Source of the DNA: an uncultured delta proteobacterium
Lineage (GTDB): Bacteria > Myxococcota_A > Polyangia > Polyangiales > Houyiibacteriaceae
Direction: 5' to 3'
Length of the DNA: 64,000 nucleotides
Assembly (NCBI GenBank): GCA_963712235.1
Contig: CAVQHC010000015.1
Coordinates: 81,007 to 145,006 of the forward strand
The notes below the pieces were generated by a model. It searched no databases. It was not told the origin of the DNA and saw only the letters and a program-made list of their open reading frames with translations. The translations under genes were made by a program, and so were the position numbers. Shown here piece by piece: positions 29,454-39,974 of this stretch (positions within the stretch are counted from its first letter, which is position 1; every line of letters starts with the position of its first letter).

Positions 29454-30887
29454 CTAGAGACGATGGAGCTTCAAGGTATTGGTGCGTCCGGAAGGGGGCC
29501 AGCCAACGACCATCGCGAAGGCCTCCCCGCTTTGACAAAGCTTCTCTCGGACGAGCAAAGAAGAAGCGATCCGCAGTGTCTCATCGAGTGACTCCGGAGG
29601 CACTTCGATTCGCGGAATCACGCCCCATTCGAGCGCGAGCCGTCGTGCGACACGCGTGTCGCTGGTGATGGCCAAAATCGGCGCGCGCGGGCGATGCTCC
29701 GCAAGTAGGCCCGCCGAGCGACCGTCCTGGGTAAACACCACGACTGCTTTGAGTGGCAGATGCGTGGTCAAGACCGCTGCGGCGCGCGTCGCGGCATTCG
29801 CAAACGACCAGTCTTCTTCGTCCACGCTCTTGAGGTCGCGAAACTCTCGCGAGAGATCTTCGACATAGTCCGATTCGACCTCGCGAATGATCGCATCCAT
29901 CATCTGCAGTGCCTGCAAAGGGTAGCGGCCCGCCGCCGTCTCGCCGCTGAGCATGACCGCATCCGTCCCGTCCATCACCGCATTGGCGACGTCCGCGGCT
30001 TCGGCCCGGGTCGGGCGCGGGTTTCGAATCATCGAGTCCAGCATCTGTGTGGCCGTGATCACGATTTTGCCGCGGGCGTTGGTCTCCCGGATGATCCGCT
30101 TCTGAATCATCGGCACCTTTTCCGCCCCCAGCTCCACGCCGAGGTCTCCCCGGGCGATCATGATGCCGTCCGCCGCGTCGACGATGTCGGAAAGGGCCTC
30201 GACCGCTTCCGGGCGTTCGATCTTCGCGATGACCGGCACGTCGCCGGCCAGAGCTTTGGCCTCCCGCACGTCGTCAGCGGCTCGAACGAACGACAGGGCC
30301 ACGTAGTCTGCCTCGAGGACGGACACCGCAAAGGCGAGATCTTCGCGGTCCTTTTCCGTCAGAGCCGGTCCGGTGATCGCGACGCCCGGCAGGTTGAGCC
30401 CCTTGTGGTTGGAAAGGGAGCCACCATCCTCGACAATCGTGTGAACGGTGTTGCCCTCGACACGGTCCACGCGGAGCCGAATGAAGCCGTCGTCGAGCGC
30501 GATTGCATCGCCGGGCTTCAGGTCCGCGCCCAACGACTCGTGGGTGACCGAGACGATGTCTTGGGTCCCCTCGATTTCGTTCGTCGTGAGGGCGAAGCGA
30601 TCGCCCTGCGTGAGCTCGATCGAGCCCCGGGCAAACTTACCGACCCGCATCTTCGGGCCCTGCATGTCGGCGAGGATCGCCAACGGTCGCCGCGCCTCGG
30701 CCGCGGCCTCGCGGATCAGCTTCGCCATCTTTGAGTGCGACGCGTGGTCGCCGTGCGAGAAGTTGAGTCGAGCGCAGCTCATCCCCGCTCGGACGAGCTC
30801 GCTGATCTTCGCCTTCGTGTCGCTGGCGGGCCCGAGCGTGCAGACGATTTTGGTGCGTCTCACTTTGCCCTTGTAGCCGGGTTCCAT
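29454..30887 (-). CDS. pyk: Pyruvate kinase
   Basis: RRTKIVCTLGP, RLNFSHG, IAKIE, MIARGDLG, ATQMLDSM, MLSGETA. Confidence 0.97.
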   Translation of the reverse strand: MEPGYKGKVRRTKIVCTLGPASDTKAKISELVRAGMSCARLNFSHGDHASHSKMAKLIREAAAEARRPLAILADMQGPKMRVGKFARGSIELTQGDRFALTTNEIEGTQDIVSVTHESLGADLKPGDAIALDDGFIRLRVDRVEGNTVHTIVEDGGSLSNHKGLNLPGVAITGPALTEKDREDLAFAVSVLEADYVALSFVRAADDVREAKALAGDVPVIAKIERPEAVEALSDIVDAADGIMIARGDLGVELGAEKVPMIQKRIIRETNARGKIVITATQMLDSMIRNPRPTRAEAADVANAVMDGTDAVMLSGETAAGRYPLQALQMMDAIIREVESDYVEDLSREFRDLKSVDEEDWSFANAATRAAAVLTTHLPLKAVVVFTQDGRSAGLLAEHRPRAPILAITSDTRVARRLALEWGVIPRIEVPPESLDETLRIASSLLVREKLCQSGEAFAMVVGWPPSGRTNTLKLHRL

Positions 30888-30911
30888 GCGCCGGCCAAGC
30901 TAGCGGTGCCG

Positions 30912-31559
30912 CTAGCGGTCTGGTTCCCAGCGGCTGAGGTTCGACTTGAAGCCCAAGCGCACCACAAACGTCGTATAGAGCGTCCATTGGCTCCGGTCGC
31001 CCGTCGCTTGAGTGTTGCGAAAAGATGGGTCGCCGTTCACATGACGCGCGGCGATTCGAAGCCAGAGGCCGCGGAGCGTGTTGAGCGGCCGGTAGAGCGG
31101 CAGGCCGAACCCAAAGCCGATTCCGAGCCCGGTGCTTCGCTGGCCGTCGAGCGCAAAGGCGGGCCCGATCTCGAAAAAGATCGATTGGAGCATCAGGTCC
31201 ACAAACTCGACCCAGGTTTGCTTGTTGAGAAAGAAAAGCGCTGGAAAGAGCGGACGAAGATCTACGCCAACGAACAGGTGCTGGCCGGAGTCGGGGCCCC
31301 AGCGCCCCGAAAGCACGAGTCCGGCCAGGTCGGCCACCAGGAAGCGCGCCTCTCCCACGACGTTGGGGTCTGCCTTTCGGTCGAGCCACGTGGCGCCAGC
31401 CCCCGCGCCGAGCGCGAGCGTGAGCCCCCGATCCCAGCGACCATAGAGCCCGTCCCCTGCGCGCTGCGCGCTCGAAGACGCTGCAAACGACGAAAGGACG
31501 AGGATCGAGCCGACGATCACCCCGACGCGGGCGCCTCGTGTCATGATCCCCCCATGCAC
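30912..31559 (-). CDS. Hypothetical exported/outer-membrane protein
   Basis: Signal peptide; GDGLYGR; alternating beta-strand-like segments. Confidence 0.55.
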   Translation of the reverse strand: MHGGIMTRGARVGVIVGSILVLSSFAASSSAQRAGDGLYGRWDRGLTLALGAGAGATWLDRKADPNVVGEARFLVADLAGLVLSGRWGPDSGQHLFVGVDLRPLFPALFFLNKQTWVEFVDLMLQSIFFEIGPAFALDGQRSTGLGIGFGFGLPLYRPLNTLRGLWLRIAARHVNGDPSFRNTQATGDRSQWTLYTTFVVRLGFKSNLSRWEPDR

Positions 31560-31604
31560 TGGGCTGCGTGGCGGGTCAAGAGATTGAGGCTGTAGACTGT
31601 ACGC

Positions 31605-32975
31605 ATGGGGCGTTCGTTCGGCTTAGGGCTTCGAAGCCAGCTCATGCTCGCGCTCATCGTAGCGTTTGGGGCAGCATTCGTGTTGCTCAGCCTCGTGACG
31701 GCGAGGCTCGACGAGAGCGAGAGCGCCGAAAAACAGCGGACGCGCGCGGTAGGGCTTGCCCAGGCGCTCGCTGCAGGGGCTGGCTCGGAGGGGGAAGGGC
31801 TGAGCGAGGAAGTCATGGGTCGGATGCTCTCCGAAGGTCTGGTTCGACGCGTCGAGATCCACACCTTGGACGGCTTGTCCAAGAGCTGGGGCGTCCTCGA
31901 AGGCGAGCCCGATGCGGTCGTCACGACTGCGAACGGCCTGGAGCTGCGCGTCTGGGTACCGGCGAGTTATCGCGGCGATGCGGCGCGGCGAAGCTTGTTC
32001 GTCTTCTACCTCGGCCTGACGGCATCGACGGTGCTGCTGCTTACGTATGTCCTGCTGACCTATTTCATCGTGCGGCCGATCGACCGATTGAGATTGGCTT
32101 CCGAGCGCCTCGCAGCCGGCCGGCTGCGCACTAGGGTTCCCGTGCAGGGCGCCGCCGAGGTCGCGCGCCTGGCTGCGACCTTCAATGAGATGGCCGGGCA
32201 GCTTCGAGACGACCGAGCATCGCTTCAGCGAAGACTCGAAGAGCTCGAGCAGACCACTGCTGAGCTCACGACGGCTCAGGAGCAACTCATCCGGAGCGCG
32301 CGTTTGGCAGCTGTCGGAAGGCTCTCCGCCGGCGTCGCACATGAGATCGGGAACCCACTTGCAGCGATTCGCGGCTTGCTCGATTTGATGCAACTCGGCG
32401 ACCTCGAACGCGCCGAAGAGAAGGAGTTCGTCACTCGGATCCAGCGAGAAACGGAGCGAATCCATCACACCATTCGCGATTTGCTCGACTTCTCGAGGAA
32501 CGACTCCAGCCCGGACGGACGGATCGAAAGCTCAGCGGACCTCGCAGAGGTGGTTTCGGACACGGTCAAGTTGATCGACCGCCAGAGCCGGTTCCGCGAC
32601 ATCGAGCTCGCCCTCGCACTCGACGAGGGCCTTTCACGCGTACGGGGAGATCACGAGCGCCTGCGGCAGCTTCTTTTGAACCTGCTTTTCAACGCGGCGG
32701 ACGCCCTTGGCGGCAAAGGCCGCATCGAGGTTCGCACCCGCAATGGTGCGGGGGTCGTGGAGCTTCTCGTCGAAGACGATGGGCCTGGGATCGACAGCGA
32801 GATCCTCGACCAGGTGTTTGACCCGTTCGTCACCACGAAGGCGGCCGGGCAAGGAACCGGCCTCGGGCTTGCCGTCTGTTACACGATCGTGGAGCGACTC
32901 GGTGGTACGATCGAGGCCTCGAATCGGAAGCAGGGCGGAGCCTCATTCGAGGTGCGGTTGCCCGCGGCACGTTAG
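31605..32975 (+). CDS. Membrane HAMP sensor histidine kinase
   Basis: Two TM helices, HAMP (EVARLAATFNEM), VAHEIGNPL, NLLFNA, DDGPG, GTGLGL. Confidence 0.92.
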   Translation: MGRSFGLGLRSQLMLALIVAFGAAFVLLSLVTARLDESESAEKQRTRAVGLAQALAAGAGSEGEGLSEEVMGRMLSEGLVRRVEIHTLDGLSKSWGVLEGEPDAVVTTANGLELRVWVPASYRGDAARRSLFVFYLGLTASTVLLLTYVLLTYFIVRPIDRLRLASERLAAGRLRTRVPVQGAAEVARLAATFNEMAGQLRDDRASLQRRLEELEQTTAELTTAQEQLIRSARLAAVGRLSAGVAHEIGNPLAAIRGLLDLMQLGDLERAEEKEFVTRIQRETERIHHTIRDLLDFSRNDSSPDGRIESSADLAEVVSDTVKLIDRQSRFRDIELALALDEGLSRVRGDHERLRQLLLNLLFNAADALGGKGRIEVRTRNGAGVVELLVEDDGPGIDSEILDQVFDPFVTTKAAGQGTGLGLAVCYTIVERLGGTIEASNRKQGGASFEVRLPAAR

Positions 32976-32990
32976 ACCCGACGTCGCTCG

Positions 32991-34889
32991 CTAGTCAGGC
33001 TGGAAAGCGTTCTCGATCGCCGTTTCCTCTGCGGCCTCGGTCTCAGGCGCAAAGGGCGACCGCTCCCCCAACGCCTGTTTGATCGCAAGCGCCTGCCGTT
33101 TCGTCGCCCCTGCCTCGATCAACTGCTGCTCGGTTGCCGCCAGGACGTCGCGCAGCGACCCGAGGCTCCTCAACAATTTGCCGCGCGTTTTCGGGCCGAC
33201 TCCCGGGACGCCGTCGAGCTCGCTTCGGAGCCGCCGCGTGCGGCCGACTTTCTTTCGCAGCGCGTTCGACGCCCGGTGGGTTTCGTCGCGGGCCAGAAGC
33301 AATAGCGAGAGCGCGGAGTTTCCGCGTACGGGTATCGCGTTCTTTTGGCCGGGGCGAAAGACCCGGTCGCCTTCTTCTTCGCCAGTGGCCATGATCCGGG
33401 GCTTTGCGACCGAGGCGACTTCGAGCTGGGGCAGGCCGATGTCCTCGCGGGCCCGGACTGCAACCCCGAGCTGGCCTTTTCCGCCGTCGACGAGCAAGAG
33501 GTCCGGAAGCTCCCAGCCTTCCTCCTCTCTCTCGCCGCGCCGCAGGCGTCGCATCAGCACCTCGTACATCGCTCCATAGTCGTCTCCGCCGCCCACGCCC
33601 TTCACGTGAAAGCTTCGGTAGCGTTCCCTAGCGGGCGTTCCGTCCTGCAACGCGACGAACACGGCAACCGTTTCCTCGCCTCCACTGTGCGAGATATCGA
33701 CGCACTCGATACGGCGCGGAAGGACCGACAGGCGAAGCTGGGCCTGCAGCTCCGCCAGTCGCGCCTCGACGTCTTCGCGCGCGCGCTCCTTTTCGTTGAA
33801 CGCGTGCTCCGCGTTCTCGCGAGCGAGCTCCAGAAGCTTGGCCTTCGCCCCCCGCTTTGGCTCTACGATCCGCACCCGGCGTTTTCGGTTCTCGCTCAGC
33901 AGCTCTTCGAGCCCTTCGCTCATCTCGATAGTGACCGACACCAGGAGCTCGTCTGGCAGAGAAGGCCGATCTGCATAGTGTTGCATGAGGAACGCACCCA
34001 GCATCTCGTCGTTCGGCACCGCAACGCGCCGAAGAGCAAACGTTCGCACCGAGAATATGCGGCCGCTTCGCATGCTCAGCACGGCGACTTCGACTTGGTC
34101 ACCTTGACGGTGAAATCCAATCACGTCCTGGTCTGACTTGTGCACGCCGGCGACGCGCTGCTCCTCTCGGGCGCGTTCGACGGCGCGGATCTGATCCCGA
34201 TAGATCGCCGCCCGTTCGTATTCGAGCTCGTCCGAAGCGCCCTGCATTCGTCCATCGAGGTCGACGACCAGCTCGTCGTGCCGCCCATCGAGAAACCGAG
34301 CCACGTTGGCGACCTGTGCGCGATATTCGTCAGAGTCGACCTGCAGGACACAAGGCGCAGGGCAGCGCTTGATCTGATGCTGAAGACAGGGTCGCGACCG
34401 CTTACGAAACTCCGTGTCGGTGCAGGTCCGGAGCTGAAAGTATCGATTGACCAGCCTGAGCGTCTGCCGTGCTGCGGTCGCCGAGTGGTAGGGCCCGAAG
34501 TACTGCGCGCCGTCCGGCTTGGGTCGACGAACGACTTCGAGCCGCGGCCAAGGTCGCTTCGCGTCCAGCCTCAACGACAGGTACTCCTTGTCGTCCCTGA
34601 GTTTCACGTTGTACTTGGGCTGGTGCGACTTGATCAGCTGGTTCTCGAGCAGGACCGCTTCCTTATCGGTGTGGGTGACGAACGTTTCGATATCGACCAG
34701 CTCGCGTTCGAGCCGGCTCACAAACGCACGCAGGTCGCTCGAGCCGGCTTGGAAGTAGCTTCGGACACGGTTCCTCAGGCTTCGCGCTTTGCCGACGTAC
34801 AGCACTTTGCTTCCCGCGCCGCGGAACACGTAGACCCCGGGAGAGGCCGGAAGCGTGTCGAGCTTTCGCTGTGCTGCATCTGCAACCAC
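32991..34889 (-). CDS. uvrC: Excinuclease ABC subunit C
   Basis: GIY-YIG PGVY...YVGKA..LR.RV.SYF; RIECVDISH; VDGGKGQ; RDETH; HhH GVGPK. Confidence 0.97.
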   Translation of the reverse strand: MVADAAQRKLDTLPASPGVYVFRGAGSKVLYVGKARSLRNRVRSYFQAGSSDLRAFVSRLERELVDIETFVTHTDKEAVLLENQLIKSHQPKYNVKLRDDKEYLSLRLDAKRPWPRLEVVRRPKPDGAQYFGPYHSATAARQTLRLVNRYFQLRTCTDTEFRKRSRPCLQHQIKRCPAPCVLQVDSDEYRAQVANVARFLDGRHDELVVDLDGRMQGASDELEYERAAIYRDQIRAVERAREEQRVAGVHKSDQDVIGFHRQGDQVEVAVLSMRSGRIFSVRTFALRRVAVPNDEMLGAFLMQHYADRPSLPDELLVSVTIEMSEGLEELLSENRKRRVRIVEPKRGAKAKLLELARENAEHAFNEKERAREDVEARLAELQAQLRLSVLPRRIECVDISHSGGEETVAVFVALQDGTPARERYRSFHVKGVGGGDDYGAMYEVLMRRLRRGEREEEGWELPDLLLVDGGKGQLGVAVRAREDIGLPQLEVASVAKPRIMATGEEEGDRVFRPGQKNAIPVRGNSALSLLLLARDETHRASNALRKKVGRTRRLRSELDGVPGVGPKTRGKLLRSLGSLRDVLAATEQQLIEAGATKRQALAIKQALGERSPFAPETEAAEETAIENAFQPD

Positions 34890-34931
34890 GGCGAACCTAT
34901 ACCACTGCCGCAGCCTTCGAGCGCCCCGGGA

Positions 34932-35534
34932 TCACGCTGCGTGAATCACACGCGAATCGGTGATGACGAGGTCGACCGAAACGTCGAACGGCAGCTCGGG
35001 CACTTCGGAGATCATCTGGAAATCGTAGGCGACGGCGCAGGTGCATGCGTTGGAGAGTTGCGGGATCAGCCGGTCGTAGTAGCCGCCGCCGTAGCCGATC
35101 CGGTAGCCACGCGGATCGACCGCCAGTGCAGGAACCAGGGCAAAATCGATCTCGCCGGGCTCGATGCTTTCGTCGTCCTCGGCGGGCTCCGGAACCGAAA
35201 ACGCCCCGAGAGCGAGTGGGGTTTGGGCATCGATGAGGTGCAAGCGCAGCTCGTCCCCGTGCACCCGCGGCAAGGCAACTCGCTTTCCAGCGGACCAGGC
35301 CTCTTCGATGATGGGCTGCGTCCGTACCTCGTTGCGAATCGAAGCGAAGGCGAGAACCGTGGCTGCCCGTTCGAGCTCTGCCACACCGAAAAGGCGTTTG
35401 CGAATCTCGGCCGAGCGCGCTTCGCAGGCGGACTGGGGCAGCGCGCCGCGGACCATCCGCATTTGATTTCGCAGCGCCTGTTTGGCGCGTTGACGGAGCT
35501 GACGATCGGCGTGCTCCGTCTCGCTGGTGCTCAC
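34932..35534 (-). CDS. ygfA: 5-formyltetrahydrofolate cyclo-ligase
   Basis: K..LR, EV.T, LPR, VPALAVD..G.RIGYGGGYYDR, D..VD..IT. Confidence 0.93.
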   Translation of the reverse strand: MSTSETEHADRQLRQRAKQALRNQMRMVRGALPQSACEARSAEIRKRLFGVAELERAATVLAFASIRNEVRTQPIIEEAWSAGKRVALPRVHGDELRLHLIDAQTPLALGAFSVPEPAEDDESIEPGEIDFALVPALAVDPRGYRIGYGGGYYDRLIPQLSNACTCAVAYDFQMISEVPELPFDVSVDLVITDSRVIHAA

Positions 35535-35848
35535 GGCTCGATCTGCTGGGCGAGCTCGGCGTCCGCTTGCAGGCGCTGGTCGATTCGCCGAATCGCCGTG
35601 GTCACGACTTGCCGCGTCTTCGCTTCGAGCTTCTCGCGTTGCCGTTCGGACGCCTCGAGGTCCTCGGCGAGGCCGAGCGCGACGACGGCGAGGAGTTGAG
35701 CTGGCGTGGCCGCGCGGGCAGCCTTCGGCCCGAGCGCCTGAACGCGTTCATTCACGATCTCGGCTAGACGCTGAAGGTAGGTTTCGTCGGCGTCCGCAGA
35801 CATGCGATAGCGGGCGCCGGCAATTTCGATCTGAACGGTTCGCTTCAC
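35531..35848 (-). CDS. zapA: Cell division protein ZapA
   Basis: VQIEIAGARY...E.YL..LA..V...AL.LA + coiled coil; upstream of ygfA. Confidence 0.85.
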   Translation of the reverse strand: MKRTVQIEIAGARYRMSADADETYLQRLAEIVNERVQALGPKAARAATPAQLLAVVALGLAEDLEASERQREKLEAKTRQVVTTAIRRIDQRLQADAELAQQIEP

Positions 35849-36004
35849 GATTGACGGGAAGGTAGTCCCGCAGCTCCTTAGGCGTCAAGGTAGGACATCC
35901 ACATCCATCCCCCTTTTGGTTCCGCTGCGATCGGAATCCGACGACCAAGTTTATGAGACCGGGGGCAGGCGTGTTATGTTTGATCCCCGGGGGACAGTGG
36001 GGTC

Positions 36005-39000
36005 ATGATCAAGGTTAGTTGTCCGTCCTGTAATGCGTCTTACGACGTGGACGAGCACCGGTTGCCGGACGGCGGGCTTCGAATGCGTTGCCCAAAATGC
36101 AGCGAAAGCTTTCAGGTTCATCGCGATGGTTCGACCGCGAAGGTCGGAGGAGGAGCTGCGCCAGGCGCGTCGACGCCCCCGCGTGCGAAGCGGACCAAAG
36201 TCGGCATTGGGCCCAAGGTCCCGCCCCCCGCCCCCGCGGCAGTGATCCGCTCGCAGCCCTCGGATTTGCCCGCGCCCGTCGATGATGTCGATTTACCCGC
36301 GCCATTCGTGGGCTCGGATTTCATGGACCTGCCCGCGCCCAAGACGGGTGCCCATTCACTCGATTTAGACCCCTTTTCCGATTCCAGCTCGGCCGATTTG
36401 CCTGCGCCAAAACACGAGGTGAGCCCCTCCGGCTTCGATCCGTTTGCCGACCTGGACTTGCCTGCGGTTCGCGAAGCGGCAGGCGGGACCGATCTCCCGG
36501 CGCCACTTTACCGTTCCCGGGAATCCGATCCGGACTTGCCTGTCCTCAAACGAGGTGGGGCCGGGGGCTCGGTCGGTGCTCTAGGTGACGAGACCGACCT
36601 GCCGATGGCGCTCACCGACGCCGACCTTCCGACGCCGCGCATGGGATCCGACATCCCGGCGCCGATTTCGCTCGACTCCGATCTGCCGATATCCGGCGAG
36701 CAAAAAGATCTCCCCATCGCCCGGGACGACTTCATGGATCGCGATATCGAGGGTCCCGAACGGGTGCACGGTGGAGGGCCCATCGAGCTCGACCTCCCCG
36801 ACGGAGACGACATCGCGCTCGAAATGGAGCTCGATGCACCGCCACGGCCGCCAGGCCCACCGCCTCCCATCGGCGCGCCCGGGGCGCCCCCGCTCGGCGC
36901 GATTCCGAGCGGGTTCGGAGGTCCAGCGGGATTCGGCGGAGCTGGAGCTTCCGGAGTCCAGCGAGCTCGACCTCTCGGCCTTCCCCGCAGGAGGCGAAGG
37001 CGAAGTGCACCGCATGCCGCGCCTCGCCGGCGACGGACCCGAGTTCGAGGTGGCCCCTTCGCGTGAGCGGAAGCAGCTCAAGCTCGAGATCAAACGGCCA
37101 CCCTGGCTGATGAAGGCTCTTGCCGGCCTGACGGTCGTCACGATCCTCGTTGGCGCCGGCTTCTACCTCGGCACGACCAAGTACGGCCTCTTCGGCATTC
37201 ACCTGCTGGAGCCCATGCTTCCTGCCTCCGGCGACCCCGCTCTCGTCGCCCAGGCGATCGAAGAAGCCGAGCTCATCGCCGCCGCGGACACCTACACCGC
37301 GCAGCGCGAGGCGCTCGCAAAGCTACAAGCCGCACGAGGCGACGCGCGCTTGAACCGCTCGCTGGTCGCGCGGACGCTATTGCACCAATCGTACAATCTC
37401 GTTCGCTACGGTCCGGACAAAGAGAGCGCGAGCTTGGCCGATGCGCTGCGGGTCCACTTGCAACGCAGGGGCGATGAAGCTCCGCGGATTCACGTCGCGC
37501 TTGCAGCCGATGCGCTGCGCAACGCCGATCTCGAAAGCGCGAAATCCGAGCTCGCGCTGGCATCGCAAGACGACGCGACGGACGCCTACCTCGATCTCGT
37601 GGCCGGGGAGACCGCACTGAAGTCGCGGGACGGTCAGACTGCCGTCGAGGCATTCGGTCGAGCCCTCGAAAAGAACGGCAGCGCCCGAGCTCAGTGGGGG
37701 CTCGCGCGTGGCTATCAAGTGCTGGGAAACTCGGACGAGGCGGCGGCAGCGGCCAAAGCAACGCAAAACCTCAGCCCCAACCACGCCGGCGCGCGCATCG
37801 CAGTGGCCAGCCTGTTGATCGAAGACGGCGAGATCGACGAAGCCCTCGATCTGCTTCAAATCCCAGCGGGTCTAGCCCCCGTCGAAGGCACGACGCTTCG
37901 GGTTGCAAAGGCCGACCGATCCGAAGCGCTTACTCTAATCGCGCGCATCGACGAGCAGCGGGGCCGCCTGGGCGCCGCTCGCGAAATGTACGAGAAGTCG
38001 ATCGAGCTCGACACCAGCAATTCGGATGCCGCCCTCGGAGCCGCGCGACTCGTGCTTCTAGAAGGCGCCTATCCAGACGCGTACGCACGCTTCCAGACTG
38101 TGCTGGGCTCACAAATTCCAGACGGCGCCGAATTGGACGTGACCGGCCAGCCCAAAGTCGCGGTTCAAGCCAAGCTGGGCGCGGCGGAGGCCCTCCTCGC
38201 CATGGGCAAGGCGGAGGAGGCGAACAAGCTGCTGGCGGATCTCCGAACGGACGAGCCCGTGAGTGCCGAGGTGGAGCTCTGGCAGGGCAAAGTCGCCGAG
38301 GGCCTGGGGCAGAGCAAAGAGGCTGTGAGGCACTTCCGAAACGCGATCAAGCTCGAGCCCAAGTCGGTCCGCGCCTATATGGCGCTTGCTCAGCACTACA
38401 CATCGACCAAGCGTCCCGGTGAGGCGGTCGGCATTCTGGTCGAAGCTCAGAAGACGGTCGATATCACTGCCGAGGTGCGACGCGTTTTGGGTTGGGCGGA
38501 GCTCCAGCGCAATCACTTCGATGATGCGATCAAGCAGTTCACGCAGGCGCTCGAGATGGAGCCCCGCGATTCCTCGGCTCAGTTTGGGCTCGCCGTCGCC
38601 TATCGGCGCAAATGGAAGCTCGATGAAGCTGCGGCCGAGCTCGCGAAAGTCGAAGCGTTGGATGCAAAATTCCCCGGTCTTGCATTGGAAAGGGGCCGGC
38701 TCGCCGAGGCGGGTGGGGATATGGATGCCGCCACCGAAAGCTATCGCAAAGCGCTCCTCGAATCGCCCGACGACGCGGCGCTGAAATCGCGGATGGGCGC
38801 CGTGCTGGTGCTCGCAGGCAAATACGAGGAGTCCGAGAAGCTTCTGCGCGAGGTGCTGGACACACAGCCGTACTCTGCCGAAGCCGAACACTATTTGGGA
38901 CGCATCGAGCTCGAGCGAGGCCAACTCGAGGCGGCGCGCCAGCGATTCCTGCGCGCCGCGCGCCTCGAGCCCGAGAGCGGCCTCTATCGGATGTACGTTG

Positions 39001-39569
39001 CGTGGGTGGCGCTCGAGTCGAACGAGATGAGCACCGCACTGCGGGAGCTCGACGCCGCCTTGAAGCTCGATCCCACGCTTGGGGATGGCTACTGGCTGCG
39101 CGCACGGATTCGGATTCGCGCCGGGACCGTTCGTGATGCATTGGCCGATCTGAGAAAAGCGATCGAGCTCAACCCGAACCGGATCGAAGCCTGGGCCGCG
39201 ATGGGCGAAAGCCATTACCAGCTCGGTCAAATGAACGAAGCCATTGCAGCCTTCGAGAAAGCGGTCGCCGGCGATCCCAGACAAGGGTACTGGTGGTACC
39301 GTCTCGGTCTCTTGCAGCTCGACGAAGGGCAGCGGGCAAACGCGCTCGCCTCATTGAGCGAAGCGACCTCGATTGGCGATGAAGAGCCTAGCGGCAAGGC
39401 ATGGGTCGCAGACTCCCATCGGCTGACCGGAGACATCTACTACGCTCAAAACAAGCGGCAGGAAGCGATCGTCGAGTACGGGCGCTACCTCGAGCTCGCC
39501 GACCGCGAGGCGATCGACCGTTCGGACGTCGAGAACAAGCTTCGCCGGATCAGCGAAGGTCTGAACTAG
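36005..39569 (+). CDS. Zinc-ribbon / DLP-repeat / TM / multi-TPR membrane protein (apparent frameshift near 36910)
   Basis: N-terminal CPSC...CPKC zinc ribbon (MJ0042-type); repeated DLP motifs; TM (ALAGLTVVTILVGAGFYLG); long TPR array in ORF 36585-39569. Confidence 0.75.
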
Positions 39570-39575
39570 CGGGCT

Positions 39576-39974
39576 TCAGTCGAGATGGCCGCGACCAAAG
39601 GCTTCGGGCAAAAGCGTCGCAAGCTCGTAGTCCGCCCGCGCGTCGCCTGCGTAGCTCCGTATCGCCAAGCGCGGGGCGAGCTCGGTCAGGCATTGCCTGC
39701 AGATCCCACAAGGCGGGGTGGGGCTCTTTGCGCCCGAAACGACGACCAGCGCTCGGAGCTCACGCTCTCCGGCCGCAACCGCCGCGGCCAAAGCACTGCG
39801 CTCGGCGCAAAGCGTTGCCCCGTAGCTCGCGTTCTCGAGGTTGCAGCCGGCGAACACCCTGCCCGTCTGGCTCATGACGGCGGCGCCAACGGTGAAACCG
39901 GAGTAGGGCGCGTACGCGTTCGCTCGAGCCTCCACCGCCGCGCGCTTCAACTCGGCCCAGTCGCTCTCGTCCAT
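39576..39974 (-). CDS. cdd: Cytidine deaminase
   Basis: AYAPYS.F.VGAA, NLENASYG.TLCAER, PCGICRQ. Confidence 0.95.
   Translation of the reverse strand: MDESDWAELKRAAVEARANAYAPYSGFTVGAAVMSQTGRVFAGCNLENASYGATLCAERSALAAAVAAGERELRALVVVSGAKSPTPPCGICRQCLTELAPRLAIRSYAGDARADYELATLLPEAFGRGHLD

Noticed and set aside
35849-36004. 6S RNA upstream of zapA
   Set aside because: Only 156 bp shared by two divergent promoters; no long self-complementary rod visible
36900-36950. Programmed ribosomal frameshift in the zinc-ribbon/TPR gene
   Set aside because: No slippery heptamer seen; many similar indels elsewhere point to assembly error
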